Part shown: in pieces, positions 46,077 to 57,256 of the stretch
Numbering within the stretch: the first letter of the stretch is position 1
How the letters are laid out: each line of letters starts with the position of its first letter
Source: an uncultured Chloroflexia bacterium
GTDB taxonomy: Bacteria; Chloroflexota; Limnocylindria; Limnocylindrales; CSP1-4
Assembly (NCBI GenBank): GCA_963813535.1
Contig: CAWEZH010000001.1
Coordinates: forward strand, 96,001-160,000
Reading direction: 5' to 3'
Length of the DNA stretch: 64,000 bases
Notes under the pieces: model-generated
Seen by the model: only the letters and a program-made list of their open reading frames with translations
Databases searched by the model: none
Told to the model about the DNA's origin: nothing
Position numbers and translations under genes: made by a program

Positions 46077-47138
46077 ATGGATGCCATGTCGCGGTCGCGG
46101 AACGCTCGTCGCCTGCTCGTCGCCGGCTCCGTGCTGGCGCTGGCGGCACTCGCCGCCTACACCGTCTATGTCGGCGCGGTGGGCTCCGAGGAGTTCATCC
46201 ACCCATCCGACGGCTGGCATGAGTGCGACACGCCCGGTGTCCGATACGGCTGGGCGTACGAACCGATCAACTACGACGCGACCGATGACGCCGAGCTGTC
46301 GGCCGCCAGGGCGGCTGCCGGCGACCCGACGATGCTGCAATGCGGCCACGAGGTCCAGGGCGCTCCAGCCGGAGACGCCGTGGTCAGCCCGGACGGGGTC
46401 CGCCTCGACGGCTGGTACATCCCCGCGTCCGACGGCAGCGGACCGACCGGCCCGACCATCGTCGTGGTGCCCGGATACAAGTCGAACAAGAGCGAGATCC
46501 TCATCTACGCGCCAGCCTTCCACCGCGACTACAACCTCGTCGTGATGGACCTTCGCAACCAGGGACGGAGCAGCCCCGCCGAGGTGACGCTCGGCCTGCG
46601 GGAGCAACATGACGTCACCGCGATGGTCGACTGGCTCGAACGCGTGAAGCGTCCCGCCTGGATCGCGGGCATGGGCAACTCGATGGGTGCGGCGACGGTC
46701 CTCGCTGCGACACGGGCGGATCCGCGCATCCAGGCGCTCGTCCTCGACTCGATGCATGCGCGCATCGAGGTGTCGCTGGGCAACGTGCTCGAGACCGAAC
46801 GCGGCCTGCCCGAGGTCCCCGCCGCGTGGGCGATGATGACCGGCGTCTCGCTGCGCCTCGGCTCGGACGTGGAGGCGATCGACCCGGTCGGCACGATCAC
46901 CCGGATCGGGCATCGGCCGGTGCTGCTGCTCCACAGCACGACGGACAAGGTCGACCCGCCGGATGAATCCGCGGAGGTCAACGTCCGCGCCGCGGCCGCT
47001 GCCGGGGTTCCGATCGAGCTCCACTATTGCGAGGGTCTGACGACCGGCAACGGATCCCACGGACGGGTGATCACCCAGTGTCCGGACGACTGGACATCGT
47101 GGGCGAACGAGTTCCTGGCTGCCGCACACGGGACCTGA
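46077..47138 (+). CDS. Membrane-anchored alpha/beta hydrolase
   Basis: N-terminal TM helix, LDGWYIP, DLRNQGRS, GNSMG nucleophile elbow, D and H near the C-terminus. Confidence 0.9.
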   Translation: MDAMSRSRNARRLLVAGSVLALAALAAYTVYVGAVGSEEFIHPSDGWHECDTPGVRYGWAYEPINYDATDDAELSAARAAAGDPTMLQCGHEVQGAPAGDAVVSPDGVRLDGWYIPASDGSGPTGPTIVVVPGYKSNKSEILIYAPAFHRDYNLVVMDLRNQGRSSPAEVTLGLREQHDVTAMVDWLERVKRPAWIAGMGNSMGAATVLAATRADPRIQALVLDSMHARIEVSLGNVLETERGLPEVPAAWAMMTGVSLRLGSDVEAIDPVGTITRIGHRPVLLLHSTTDKVDPPDESAEVNVRAAAAAGVPIELHYCEGLTTGNGSHGRVITQCPDDWTSWANEFLAAAHGT

Positions 47139-47254
47139 ACGGATTCCGCTACACTCCGCTCAATTCGCCCGGCCGCGTTTGGCTCTCGCCCCCGCGGACG
47201 TCCATCGGACGGAACCATGCTCCGACTCGGAGCGCAGACGGCGCGAATGTCCGC

Positions 47255-47331
47255 GGTGGCCTTAGCTCAATCGGCAGAGCATCGGATTGTGGCTCCGAAG
47301 GTTATGGGTTCGAGCCCCATAGGCCACCCCA
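47255..47331 (+). tRNA. tRNA-His (GTG), with encoded G-1 and CCA
   Basis: Cloverleaf: GTGGCCT/AGGCCAC acceptor, GCTC/GAGC D arm, TCGGA-TTGTGGC-TCCGA anticodon arm, ATGGG-TTCGAGC-CCCAT T arm, C73, CCA. Confidence 0.97.
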
Positions 47332-47341
47332 CCACCGCCGG

Positions 47342-48343
47342 CTAGCGGCCGAGCTCCCAGGTCCATCCCTCGGGCTCCAGGCTGCCGTTGCCCCACATCC
47401 GGATGTCAAGACCGAGTCGTTCGATCGTGCGCTGGGCATCGTCGAGCGCCGCGCGCCGAAGGACCAGCAGCAGGCCTCCGTCGCGGCCGTCCTCGCGGAC
47501 GACGGCCCGTCGCACCGACTCCGCGGGCATCGGCACGTAGCCATCGAAACCGCGGGCCTTGTACGTATCGAGGAGCAGCATCCAGCGCCGGCCGTCCTGG
47601 CCGCGCCACAACGCGCCAACACCGGTGAAGTGCCCGACTCCCCAGTGTTCCCTCGGGATCGCCTCCTCGGGGTGCGGGCCAGCCAGCGCCGCAGGAGCGA
47701 AGGCGTCGCTCGTCGAGTCCAGCAGCTGGTCGACTTCTAGGTTGGTGATCGGATGCACGCCCCACGACCCGGTGTTCGCCTCGATGGCGTCGAGCAGCGC
47801 GGCAAAGCGCTCCGGTGTGAAGGCCACGGCTCGGTCTCGTCGACGGCTGGGGACGGGGAGCGTGACCAGGTGGCCACCCGAGCCCTCGGCGATGGCCCGG
47901 GCGGTGCCGGTGGGGCTCGTGCCGGTGACGGCGTCATCGTTCGACGAGCGGAGCGGCCAGCCGTACCACGTCCGCGGGAAGCGCCGAATGGCGTCCGCAT
48001 CGTCCAAGCCGAGCGCCTCGACTTGCTCGCGCGTCGCTCGGACATCCCCGAGCTCGGTCTCCTCGATCACCGTGCCCGCCAGGTGGGCGAGGTAGTCCTC
48101 GCGGGTGGTGTCGACGCCGTCCGACTCCGTGAAACCCAGTGGCGCGAGCAGGTATCGAGGGGCGTAGGCGCCACAGGTCGCCGGCCGCTGATCGTCGAGC
48201 CGGTCGAACAGATCGGCTATGGCGGACCATCCCTCGACGAACGTCGGGTCGGAGCCCGGGAAGATCGTCTCGATGACCCGACGCGCAGGTTCGCCGCCGG
48301 GCAGGGCTCGGCGACGGTCGGCGAAGGGCGGCGCTACAGACAT
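47342..48343 (-). CDS. DUF6885-like protein with a putative papain-like Cys-His-Asp set
   Basis: QRPATCG, GTS, WGVGHF, LLLDTY. ATG 48343 overlaps the end of the glutamine synthetase-like gene. Confidence 0.7.
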   Translation of the reverse strand: MSVAPPFADRRRALPGGEPARRVIETIFPGSDPTFVEGWSAIADLFDRLDDQRPATCGAYAPRYLLAPLGFTESDGVDTTREDYLAHLAGTVIEETELGDVRATREQVEALGLDDADAIRRFPRTWYGWPLRSSNDDAVTGTSPTGTARAIAEGSGGHLVTLPVPSRRRDRAVAFTPERFAALLDAIEANTGSWGVHPITNLEVDQLLDSTSDAFAPAALAGPHPEEAIPREHWGVGHFTGVGALWRGQDGRRWMLLLDTYKARGFDGYVPMPAESVRRAVVREDGRDGGLLLVLRRAALDDAQRTIERLGLDIRMWGNGSLEPEGWTWELGR

Positions 48344-49743
48344 CCGAAGTACGTCCGCCGTTCCCAGTCGGACACCTCGATCGCCACGGGCGACAGACCC
48401 GATCGCTCGAGGTATGTCGTCCACTCGAACCGCTTCACCTCGAGATAGTGCTGGGCGATGACCGGACCCACCGCGTCGCGCAGCACGTCGTCGGCGTCCA
48501 GGGCGTCGAGTGCGGCGGCCAGATCGCTCGGCAGCCTCGAGAACCCGCCCGCGGCGGCGTCCGCATCGGATAGGTGGCCGACATCGACACGTGCTTCGGG
48601 CGGGACGGGGAGCTGCCGCTCGACGCCGTCGGCGATCGACGCCAGCAGCCCGGCCAGATGCAGGTACGGGTTCATGCCCGCATCGCCGCCGCGGATCTCG
48701 AGGTGGCGACCGGTACCCCGCCCGGGCACGCGGATCAGTGTGGCGCGATTGCCCATCGCCCACGAGACATGGGCGGGCGCCCACGAGCCGGGAAGGAGCC
48801 GCTTGTACGAGTTCGGCGTGGGCGACCCGAGGGCGGATTGCCCGGGTGCATGGGCAAGGAGCCCGGCGATGAGCGGCTCTGCCGAGTCGGCGACGCGCCC
48901 GGGATCGGAGGGGTCGGCCACCAGGTCGACCGCCGGGTCGTCGGCCCGGGTGAGCCCAAGGTGCACGTGCAGGCCGTTGCCCGGCAGTTCGGCATACGGC
49001 TTGGGCATGAATGACGCCGTCACACCGGCTTCGCGGGCGACGGCGCGGATCAGCTGGCGTGCGAGCAGGAAGTGGTCCGCGGCGACCAGCGGTTCTGTGG
49101 GCAGGAGGCTGACCTCGAACTGGCCGGGGCCGTACTCCTTGGCAAACTGGTGGACCGCCACGTCGGCGGCGTCGAGGTCGCTGAGGACGCGCTCGGCAAG
49201 CGGCCATCGGGCATCGAGCTCGTCGACTGTGAACATGCGACTCGCGTCCTGGAGAACGCCGGCCGGATCGGTCCCGGCGACGAGGACGAACTCGGCCTCG
49301 AATGCGGCACGGACGGCAACGCCGAGGCCACCCAGACGCTCGACCTGACTCGCCAGGGCGGCCCGCGGATCACCACCCCACGGCGCCCCGGTGTCATCGC
49401 TGAGGTGGGCGAACGCCTGCGCCACGCCCGGGCGGTGTGGCACGGCGATGATGGTCCCGGGGTCCGGTATCGCCCGGAAATCGCCCGAGTCCGCCCCGAA
49501 GATCGGATGCGGCACCTGCTCGTCGGTGATCGCCAGGTCCCAGTTCGCCATCGCGAACGTGACGCCCTCAGCGGCGACCTCCTCGAACCGAGTTCGTGGG
49601 ACGGCCTTCGCACGCCCGAGCCCGGCGTAGTCGTGGTAGACGACCCACAACGCGTCGGCGCCGAGTTCCGTCAGCCGGGCGAGCGTGGACGCGGCATCAC
49701 GCTGCGGGTCGATCGAATGCATGAACCCCGTTGCCGTCTGCAT
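48334..49743 (-). CDS. Glutamine synthetase-family protein (gamma-glutamyl-amine ligase-like)
   Basis: FEAEF, EYGPGQFE, FMPKP...GNGLHVH, NSYKRL, NR...IR, EIR..D...NPYL. Divergent from canonical GlnA. Confidence 0.9.
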   Translation of the reverse strand: MQTATGFMHSIDPQRDAASTLARLTELGADALWVVYHDYAGLGRAKAVPRTRFEEVAAEGVTFAMANWDLAITDEQVPHPIFGADSGDFRAIPDPGTIIAVPHRPGVAQAFAHLSDDTGAPWGGDPRAALASQVERLGGLGVAVRAAFEAEFVLVAGTDPAGVLQDASRMFTVDELDARWPLAERVLSDLDAADVAVHQFAKEYGPGQFEVSLLPTEPLVAADHFLLARQLIRAVAREAGVTASFMPKPYAELPGNGLHVHLGLTRADDPAVDLVADPSDPGRVADSAEPLIAGLLAHAPGQSALGSPTPNSYKRLLPGSWAPAHVSWAMGNRATLIRVPGRGTGRHLEIRGGDAGMNPYLHLAGLLASIADGVERQLPVPPEARVDVGHLSDADAAAGGFSRLPSDLAAALDALDADDVLRDAVGPVIAQHYLEVKRFEWTTYLERSGLSPVAIEVSDWERRTYFGCL

Positions 49744-49809
49744 TTCGTGGCGGCATAGTAGCGGGCGCTCGGATGGGGGGACGGAAGGGGGTTGGGAGAG
49801 GAGGACTCA

Positions 49810-51276
49810 GTGGCGTCCACCACAGGTGAAGGCGGCCTCGAACGCAACGCGATCGGGCTGACCGAGGTCCTATTCCAGTCGATCACCCACATGGCGCCGG
49901 CGGTCGCCACCGCCCTGTCGATCGGCGCGGCAACGTCGTTCGCCGGCGGCATCACGCCGCTGGCGGTGGTGCTCGCGCTGGTGGCCGCCTTGTTCACGGC
50001 GTTCTCGATGGGCGAGCTCGCTCGCCATCTGCCGTCGGCCGGAGGGATGTACACGTACATTGCGCGCGGCCTCGGCTCGTTCGCCGGGTGGCTCATGGCA
50101 TGGGCCTTCCTGCTCGCCGAACCCATCGTGCCCGCGGCCCTGTACGCATCGTTCGGGCTGTTCGGTGCCGCGTTCATCACGACCCTGACGGGATACAGCA
50201 ACGACCTGCTGTGGCTGCCGCTGGCCGTCCTGTGCGGACTCGTCGTCTGGTTCCTGGTCTATCGCGGGATCTCGATCTCGACGCGGGTCGGCGTCGCGCT
50301 CGGCTTGATCGAGATCGGCATCTTCCTGCTCGTGTCCGTCCTGCTGGTCATCAATGCAGGCTCGCGCAACACGCTCTCCGTCTTCGTCCCCGGCGAGGCG
50401 GGGCTCCTACCGGCATTGCAGGGCATGGTCTTCTGCCTGCTCGCCTTCGTCGGCTTCGAGGCGGCCGCTCCGCTCGCCGAGGAGACGCGAGATCCGAAAC
50501 GGACGATCCGCCAGGCGGTGATCTGGTCGGCGATCCTGATCGGCCTGTTCTACGTGTTCTGCTACTACGCCGCGACGGTCTTCTTTGGGCCGGCCGAGAT
50601 GTCCGGCTTCCTGACCTTCAACGACGGTGACCCATGGGGCGGCATGGCCGAGCAGGTCCTGCCCGGCATCGGGTCACTGCTGGTGACCTTCGCCATCCTC
50701 AACAGCTCGCTGGCCAACGCCAACGCCGGCGCCAACGCCTCGACCCGCGCGATCTTCTCGTTGGGCCGTAGCCGGATCCTGCCCGAGGCGTTCGCCAAGG
50801 TCCATCCGACGTATCGCACGCCCGTCAACGCGGTCCATTTCCAGGGCATCTTTGCGATCGTGCTCGCGGTCGCTCTCGGGCTCCTGTTCGCCGGGACCGA
50901 TTTCGGCGGCCCGCTGACGACCTACATCTTCATCGGCTACGCGCTCGGACTGCTCTTCGCCGGCATGTACATCGCAGTGAACATCGCGGCGATCGGCTAT
51001 TACCTCGGGGAGGGCCGTGCCGAGTTCAACGTCTTCAAGCACGTCGTGCTACCGATCATCGGGGTGATCCTGTTGATCCCGGCGTTCCTGGGCGTACTCG
51101 GTGGCCTGACGATCCCCATCCTCGATATCGAGCTGCCGCCGCTTGCGTCGCCGTTCAGCTTGGTCCCGCCACTCGTCGGGGTGTGGATGCTGGCCGGCAT
51201 CGTCTTGTACTTCGTGCTTCGGTCACGGAGTGCCGAGACGATCGATCGCGTCGGCGACGTGATGCAGGAGTCCTAG
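49810..51276 (+). CDS. APC-family amino acid/amine permease
   Basis: About 12 TM helices, MAP, PSAGGMYTY, FVGFE.AA..AEE..DP. GAGGAGG precedes GTG 49810. Confidence 0.93.
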   Translation: MASTTGEGGLERNAIGLTEVLFQSITHMAPAVATALSIGAATSFAGGITPLAVVLALVAALFTAFSMGELARHLPSAGGMYTYIARGLGSFAGWLMAWAFLLAEPIVPAALYASFGLFGAAFITTLTGYSNDLLWLPLAVLCGLVVWFLVYRGISISTRVGVALGLIEIGIFLLVSVLLVINAGSRNTLSVFVPGEAGLLPALQGMVFCLLAFVGFEAAAPLAEETRDPKRTIRQAVIWSAILIGLFYVFCYYAATVFFGPAEMSGFLTFNDGDPWGGMAEQVLPGIGSLLVTFAILNSSLANANAGANASTRAIFSLGRSRILPEAFAKVHPTYRTPVNAVHFQGIFAIVLAVALGLLFAGTDFGGPLTTYIFIGYALGLLFAGMYIAVNIAAIGYYLGEGRAEFNVFKHVVLPIIGVILLIPAFLGVLGGLTIPILDIELPPLASPFSLVPPLVGVWMLAGIVLYFVLRSRSAETIDRVGDVMQES

Positions 51277-51289
51277 CGCCCCACGTGAC

Positions 51290-51314
51290 GGCGGCCACCC
51301 ATTCGGTGGCCGCC
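51290..51314. terminator. Hairpin between convergent genes
   Basis: GGCGGCCACC-cattc-GGTGGCCGCC. Confidence 0.65.
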
Positions 51315-51319
51315 GCGCC

Positions 51320-52249
51320 CTATTCGAAGATCGCCAGCGGGCAATGGGCGGTGACGACCACGTTCGGCATGTCCACGATCTCGCTGATCCGCAGGTCGAT
51401 CGCGACGCTCGTCAACAGGTAGGCGTCGATGGCGGCGAGGCCGTGCTCACGGCCGAGCCAGTCGATCATCCGGCGCACGGCGTCACGCGCCGCCTCGTTG
51501 AGGTCCGGGCCGACGCCGTCCGTCGCGTAGCGGCGCCCGACGGGCGTCGTGACATCCGGGGTGATGAACTCCGGGCCGCTGAGGTGTAGGTCCTTACGAA
51601 CGGTCAGGCGGACCATGGCACGCATCGGCGTCTCGATGGCCGTCCCGCACACCTCACCGTCGCCCTGCGCGGCGTGGCCGTCGCCCATCGACAGCCGGGC
51701 GCCCTCGTGGAAGACGGGCAGGAACAGCGTCGCACCGGCCGTGAGGTGGCGCGTATCCATGTTGCCGCCGTGGAGGTCGGGTGGGATGGTCGAGCGCGGT
51801 CCGGTCTCGGGGGCCACGCCGACCTCGCCACAGAACGGGACGATCGGCACGTGGACGCCGGGGAGGAACTCGGCGCGCTCGCCGGCGCGCGGGATCCTGG
51901 TGATGCGCAGGTACGGGTCGGCGAACTGGTCGGCAAGAAGACCGAAACCCGGGATGCTCGCCGTCCAGCCCCAGTCGGCTGGCTCGAACTCGAGCAGATC
52001 GATCTGGAGCGTGTCGCCGGGTTCGGCGCCGACGACCGCGATCGGGCCGTTGACCTGGTCGACCCGATCGAAGTCGAGTCGGCCGAGATCCTCGATCGTC
52101 GAGTCGGCCGTCAGCTGGCCACCGGATGCGTCGAGCAGGTCGAACTCGACGACGGCGCCACTGTCGACGGTCTCGATGGCCGGGATCGCCGGGTCCCAGG
52201 CGAGATGGAAACGGTCGCGGGAGATGTGGACCGCCGGGGTCGTGGCCAT
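51320..52249 (-). CDS. Acetamidase/formamidase family protein
   Basis: GPIAV.GAEPGD.L, GGNMD, GDGHAAQGDGEVCGTAIE. Confidence 0.93.
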   Translation of the reverse strand: MATTPAVHISRDRFHLAWDPAIPAIETVDSGAVVEFDLLDASGGQLTADSTIEDLGRLDFDRVDQVNGPIAVVGAEPGDTLQIDLLEFEPADWGWTASIPGFGLLADQFADPYLRITRIPRAGERAEFLPGVHVPIVPFCGEVGVAPETGPRSTIPPDLHGGNMDTRHLTAGATLFLPVFHEGARLSMGDGHAAQGDGEVCGTAIETPMRAMVRLTVRKDLHLSGPEFITPDVTTPVGRRYATDGVGPDLNEAARDAVRRMIDWLGREHGLAAIDAYLLTSVAIDLRISEIVDMPNVVVTAHCPLAIFE

Positions 52250-52295
52250 GGGATCGTCCTCCTCGACCCGATCGTAGCGCGTCTCCGGGTGCTGC

Positions 52296-53114
52296 TTAGC
52301 CTCCGGCGCCCAGCGCCGCAACCTGTGCGGAGGCGCCCTCGAGGATCGGCTCGCCGTGGCCGACCAGCAGCGTCTCGAAGGTCAGCTTGCCCAGCTTCAC
52401 GATCGACTCCCTGGCCTGCGCCTCGTCCTCGGTGAACTGCGGACTCGGGCCGGAAAGCGCGCCACTCGCTGTCCCGAGCGCGTCACCGGCGACGAGGATC
52501 CCGCCGACCTCGTCGAGGACCGCGATGTGTCCGGGGGTGTGCCCGGGCGTCGCCACCATGCGCAGGCCGAACACCATCTCCCCGTCGGCCACCGCGGTGA
52601 TCGGTCGAGGTGCCGAGATGGCCGGGATATCGGCCTCGCCTGCGTATGCCGTCGCCTCGGGGGCTGCAGTCAGCACCGCGTCGACGCTGCCGGCGTGATC
52701 GCCGTGTCGATGGGTGAGGATCACGTGCCCGACCGCCGGCCAATCGAGGCCGGCTGCGCTCAGCGCGTCGTGGATCGTGCCCTCGCTGCCGGCGACGCCC
52801 GTATCGACGATGGCTGCCTCACCGGCCCGCACGAGCACATACGCCGACACGAACCCGAGGTTCGCTCGCTGCCAAGTCACGCCGCCGGACGCCGACGTGG
52901 GCGGCGGGCTCGACGATCCGTCGGAACTTCCGGCCGCTGTCGCGTCTGGGCTCGCAGACGACCCGCCCGAGGTGGACGGCTCGGCGGGTTGCGACGGGAC
53001 GGCCGAGCTCAGCGCGGGCCCACAGCCGGCCACGCCGAGTACGGCGATGGCGATCGTGCCGCGACCGGCGTGGACGAGGAATGTGCGGCGGGTGAGGTCG
53101 ACGGTCGGATACAT
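52296..53114 (-). CDS. Tat-exported MBL-fold metallohydrolase lipoprotein
   Basis: TRRTFL, lipobox [25 protein letters not shown]. Confidence 0.9.
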   Translation of the reverse strand: MYPTVDLTRRTFLVHAGRGTIAIAVLGVAGCGPALSSAVPSQPAEPSTSGGSSASPDATAAGSSDGSSSPPPTSASGGVTWQRANLGFVSAYVLVRAGEAAIVDTGVAGSEGTIHDALSAAGLDWPAVGHVILTHRHGDHAGSVDAVLTAAPEATAYAGEADIPAISAPRPITAVADGEMVFGLRMVATPGHTPGHIAVLDEVGGILVAGDALGTASGALSGPSPQFTEDEAQARESIVKLGKLTFETLLVGHGEPILEGASAQVAALGAGG

Positions 53115-53251
53115 CGCAACCGATGGTACGTCGTCATCCGCGGGACGGTTCCGAGTGGTTCGAAGATGGGCCGGTGGCCAGGATCGAGTTTCCGTGTCGC
53201 GGTAGCCATGCCGGTCGGGCGGCGACGCGCCCGTCAAATGGCACCCGAACC

Positions 53252-53398
53252 TTGCACCCCGCCTCCACGCCTCGTACGATGCGACGACCCTGCGCTGCCA
53301 CGTACGGGGTCCGTCCACGTCCCGCCTCGAGCGGGACATCGCTTCGGCGACTGGGATGCATGGACCCGCGATGGCACCAGGTTCGGAGGGCTTCGGCC
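53252..53398 (+). promoter_or_regulatory. Promoter plus structured 5' leader
   Basis: TTGCAC-N17-TACGAT (53252-53280), then nested stems and two C(UUCG)G hairpins before ATG 53399. Confidence 0.6.
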
Positions 53399-54495
<1,097 letters not shown>

Positions 54496-54499
<4 letters not shown>

Positions 54500-55116
54500 C
54501 CGACGATCGACCCACGAGCGACAGCACGGCCCCGGAGGATCCCTCCGGGGCCGATCTTCGTGAGCGCGTGGTCGATCGACGCATCCTTCATCGCGGGTCG
54601 TTCATCGAATTCCGCGTCGATACGATCGAGCGCGCCGATGGATCGCGCGCGACCCGGGATTTCGCCGGTCATCCGGGTGCCGTCGCGATCGTCGCGCTCG
54701 ACGGCGATGGCCGCGTGGCGCTCGTCCGGCAGTGGCGGCTTGCCGCCGACGACGCGCTGCTCGAGATCCCGGCCGGCGGGCTGGACATCGCCGACGACGG
54801 CACGAAGGAGGAGCCCGACCTGGCGGCCGCGCGGGAGCTTGAGGAGGAGACCGGTCTGCGGGCCGGGTCGTGGCGGAAGCTGGGTCAGTTCTACTCGGCG
54901 CCGGGCTTCACCGACGAGCTGATGAACCTGTATCTCGCCACACAGCTCACCCCGGCCGGCGACGACGGGCGCCTCGGTCCGGACGAGGATGAGCGGTTGA
55001 TCCTGGAATGGCGACCGTGGCAGGCAGCGGTCGCCGCGGCCGAAGCGGGCGAGATCCGCGATGCCAAGTCGATCGTCGGGCTGTTCTGGCTCGCGCGTGT
55101 GATGGACGAGGGGTAG
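54496..55116 (+). CDS. NUDIX hydrolase (ADP-ribose pyrophosphatase-like)
   Basis: [30 protein letters not shown]. Start is CTG 54496 (coupled) or GTG 54568. Confidence 0.88.
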
Positions 55117-55196
55117 CCCAGGCACGATCGCGCGCGATGACCTCCTGCTATCGTCCCTCAGCGAAGGGGCCGGTGAGCGCGTGGGAGGACGGTCGA

Positions 55197-56765
55197 GTGC
55201 GCCGACGATCCAGACCCACCGCTCTGCTCGGGGCGATCATCGTCGCGGCCAGCTGCGCACAAGCGAGCCCGAGCGCGAGCCCGAACGTCGAGGCATCGCC
55301 GACCGCCGACACATCCCCATCGGCGTCACGTGTCGCCACACCTTCGGCTCCGGCAGCCTTCTGGGTCGACGCCACGGAGGCCACGATCGGCACGCTTGCC
55401 GAATGGTCGAACAAGGTCGAGGTCGCCGACATCGATGCGGACGGGGATGTCGACATCCTCATCGCCAACGGTGGGGACTACGAGACTCCTGGGACGCCGG
55501 TACCGTCACGCGTCCTTGTGAACGACGGCAACGGCCGATTCGAGGACCGGTCGACCGATGTCCTCGGTCCCGAACCCGGCTTGGTTCGGGTCATCAAGGT
55601 GCGCGATCTCGACGGTGATGGCCTGGTGGACATCGTGCTCGGCGCGACATATCAGACCCAGACGCGTCTCCTACTCGGCCGCGGCCGGCTCGAGTTCGAG
55701 GATGTGACGGCTACCCACCTGCCCGACGCGGTCGCCAGCGTCGGTGACCTCGAGATCGGTGATCTCGACGCCGATGGCGACCTCGACATCGTCCTGGCCG
55801 ACTGGGGCAAGGGCAACCCGATGCAGGGTGCGAAAGCACCGCCGATCGTCTGGCTGGCAGGGAAGAGCGGACGTTTCGCGCAGGCGCCGGCCGATGCCGT
55901 TCCCGGCCGAGCGTTGGGGTTCTCGTGGGACATCGAGCTCCTCGATGTCGACAACGACCTCGACCTGGACATCCTCGAGTCCTGCAAGGTCTGCGACGGT
56001 GGTCTGCTGCTCCACAACGACGGTCGCGGGCGATTCAGCGATGGTTCGGCGAACCTGCCGCAAGCCCCGAACAACTACGACTTCGAGTCGATGGACCTCG
56101 ATGGCGACGGCTTCCTCGATGTGGTCACGATCAACGACGGTCCCGATTTCAAGGAACGCTTCCTCCGTGGCGACGGGCAGGGCGGGTTCGTCGATGCGAC
56201 AGCCGATCTGTGGCCGGCCGACTCGAACATCACCGGCGACGACAACGTCATCGTGTATCTCGATGCCGAGTCCGATGGTGACGCCGACTTCGTCATCGGG
56301 GCGCTCGACGTGCCGGACCGTCTGATCCTGAACGATGGGACCGGGCACCTGACACTCGTCCGCGGGATGTTCGAGGGGCCGGCCACCAGCGGCACGCTGG
56401 GCATGGCGATGGCCGACCTCGACGGCGACGATCGCATCGACGTCGTCCAGGCGCAGGGCGAGGCGGCGTTCCCGGAGACGGTCCACCTCGGCGCCGCCAT
56501 CCCGCCCGACACCGCCCCGCCGACGTTCCCACTCTTGCGACGGGTCGGCGATGTGCTCGTCGCCCGCGTCACCGACCACACGAGCCCACCAACGGTCGAT
56601 CTCGTCGAGGTCGTCGCCGAGGGTGCGTCGGGGACGGTGCCGATGCGCTGGTACGGAGAGTCGCTCTGGCGAGCGGACGTGGGCGACCAGGGTGGCATCA
56701 CCGTGTGCGCGACCGATCGAGCCGGCAACCGAGCGTGTTCCGAGGAGATCGTGTCAGGCGGCTGA
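55197..56765 (+). CDS. FG-GAP/VCBS-repeat lipoprotein
   Basis: Lipobox AASC; repeated DxDxDGxxD Ca-binding motifs; GGAGG SD. Confidence 0.88.
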   Translation: MRRRSRPTALLGAIIVAASCAQASPSASPNVEASPTADTSPSASRVATPSAPAAFWVDATEATIGTLAEWSNKVEVADIDADGDVDILIANGGDYETPGTPVPSRVLVNDGNGRFEDRSTDVLGPEPGLVRVIKVRDLDGDGLVDIVLGATYQTQTRLLLGRGRLEFEDVTATHLPDAVASVGDLEIGDLDADGDLDIVLADWGKGNPMQGAKAPPIVWLAGKSGRFAQAPADAVPGRALGFSWDIELLDVDNDLDLDILESCKVCDGGLLLHNDGRGRFSDGSANLPQAPNNYDFESMDLDGDGFLDVVTINDGPDFKERFLRGDGQGGFVDATADLWPADSNITGDDNVIVYLDAESDGDADFVIGALDVPDRLILNDGTGHLTLVRGMFEGPATSGTLGMAMADLDGDDRIDVVQAQGEAAFPETVHLGAAIPPDTAPPTFPLLRRVGDVLVARVTDHTSPPTVDLVEVVAEGASGTVPMRWYGESLWRADVGDQGGITVCATDRAGNRACSEEIVSGG

Positions 56766-56774
56766 ATTTGGTCG

Positions 56775-57167
56775 TCAGCCGGTCGGGCCGAGGCGCTCGA
56801 GCGCGTCCCGATAGAGGCTCGAATCCGGGCTCAGCGCCACCGCGATCCGAAGGTGCGTACCGGCCTCGTCCCGCCGCCCGAGCCGCTTCAGGCTCTGGCC
56901 AAGGGCGAAGTGCGCGTACGGCGCGGACGGGTCCAAGTCGAGGATCCGCTCGAACGTCGCCCTCGCGGGCTCGTGCTGGCCGGAGTTGTAGTACGCCCGT
57001 CCGAGCGCCTCGAGGATCGACGCCTTACCCGGCTCCAGTCGGTCGGCGCGCTCGAGCACGATGGCCGCTTGCGCATGGTGCCGGGAGGCGAGCAGCGCAT
57101 GACCGCGCTGGAGCAGGTCGTATGCCGATTCGTGATCGGCAGCCTCATCGGGCAGGCGGTCGTCCAC
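56775..57167 (-). CDS. TPR protein
   Basis: Three TPR-like repeats (EALGRAYY, AHFALG). Confidence 0.88.
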   Translation of the reverse strand: MDDRLPDEAADHESAYDLLQRGHALLASRHHAQAAIVLERADRLEPGKASILEALGRAYYNSGQHEPARATFERILDLDPSAPYAHFALGQSLKRLGRRDEAGTHLRIAVALSPDSSLYRDALERLGPTG

Positions 57168-57256
57168 GCCGTCATCCTCGCACGAAGGCGCTGCGAGGGT
57201 CGTCGGTCGGCTCGATCGGACGTTTCGGTCGGGCGACAGACGCCCCGCCCCGACAG

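Noticed and set aside
47255-47342. tRNA-His as an integration site for an island
   Set aside because: No integrase, no duplicated tRNA 3' end seen, and no obvious compositional shift.
48334-49743. Calling the GS-like gene glnA
   Set aside because: The N-terminus is divergent and the context is catabolic; a gamma-glutamyl ligase is more likely.
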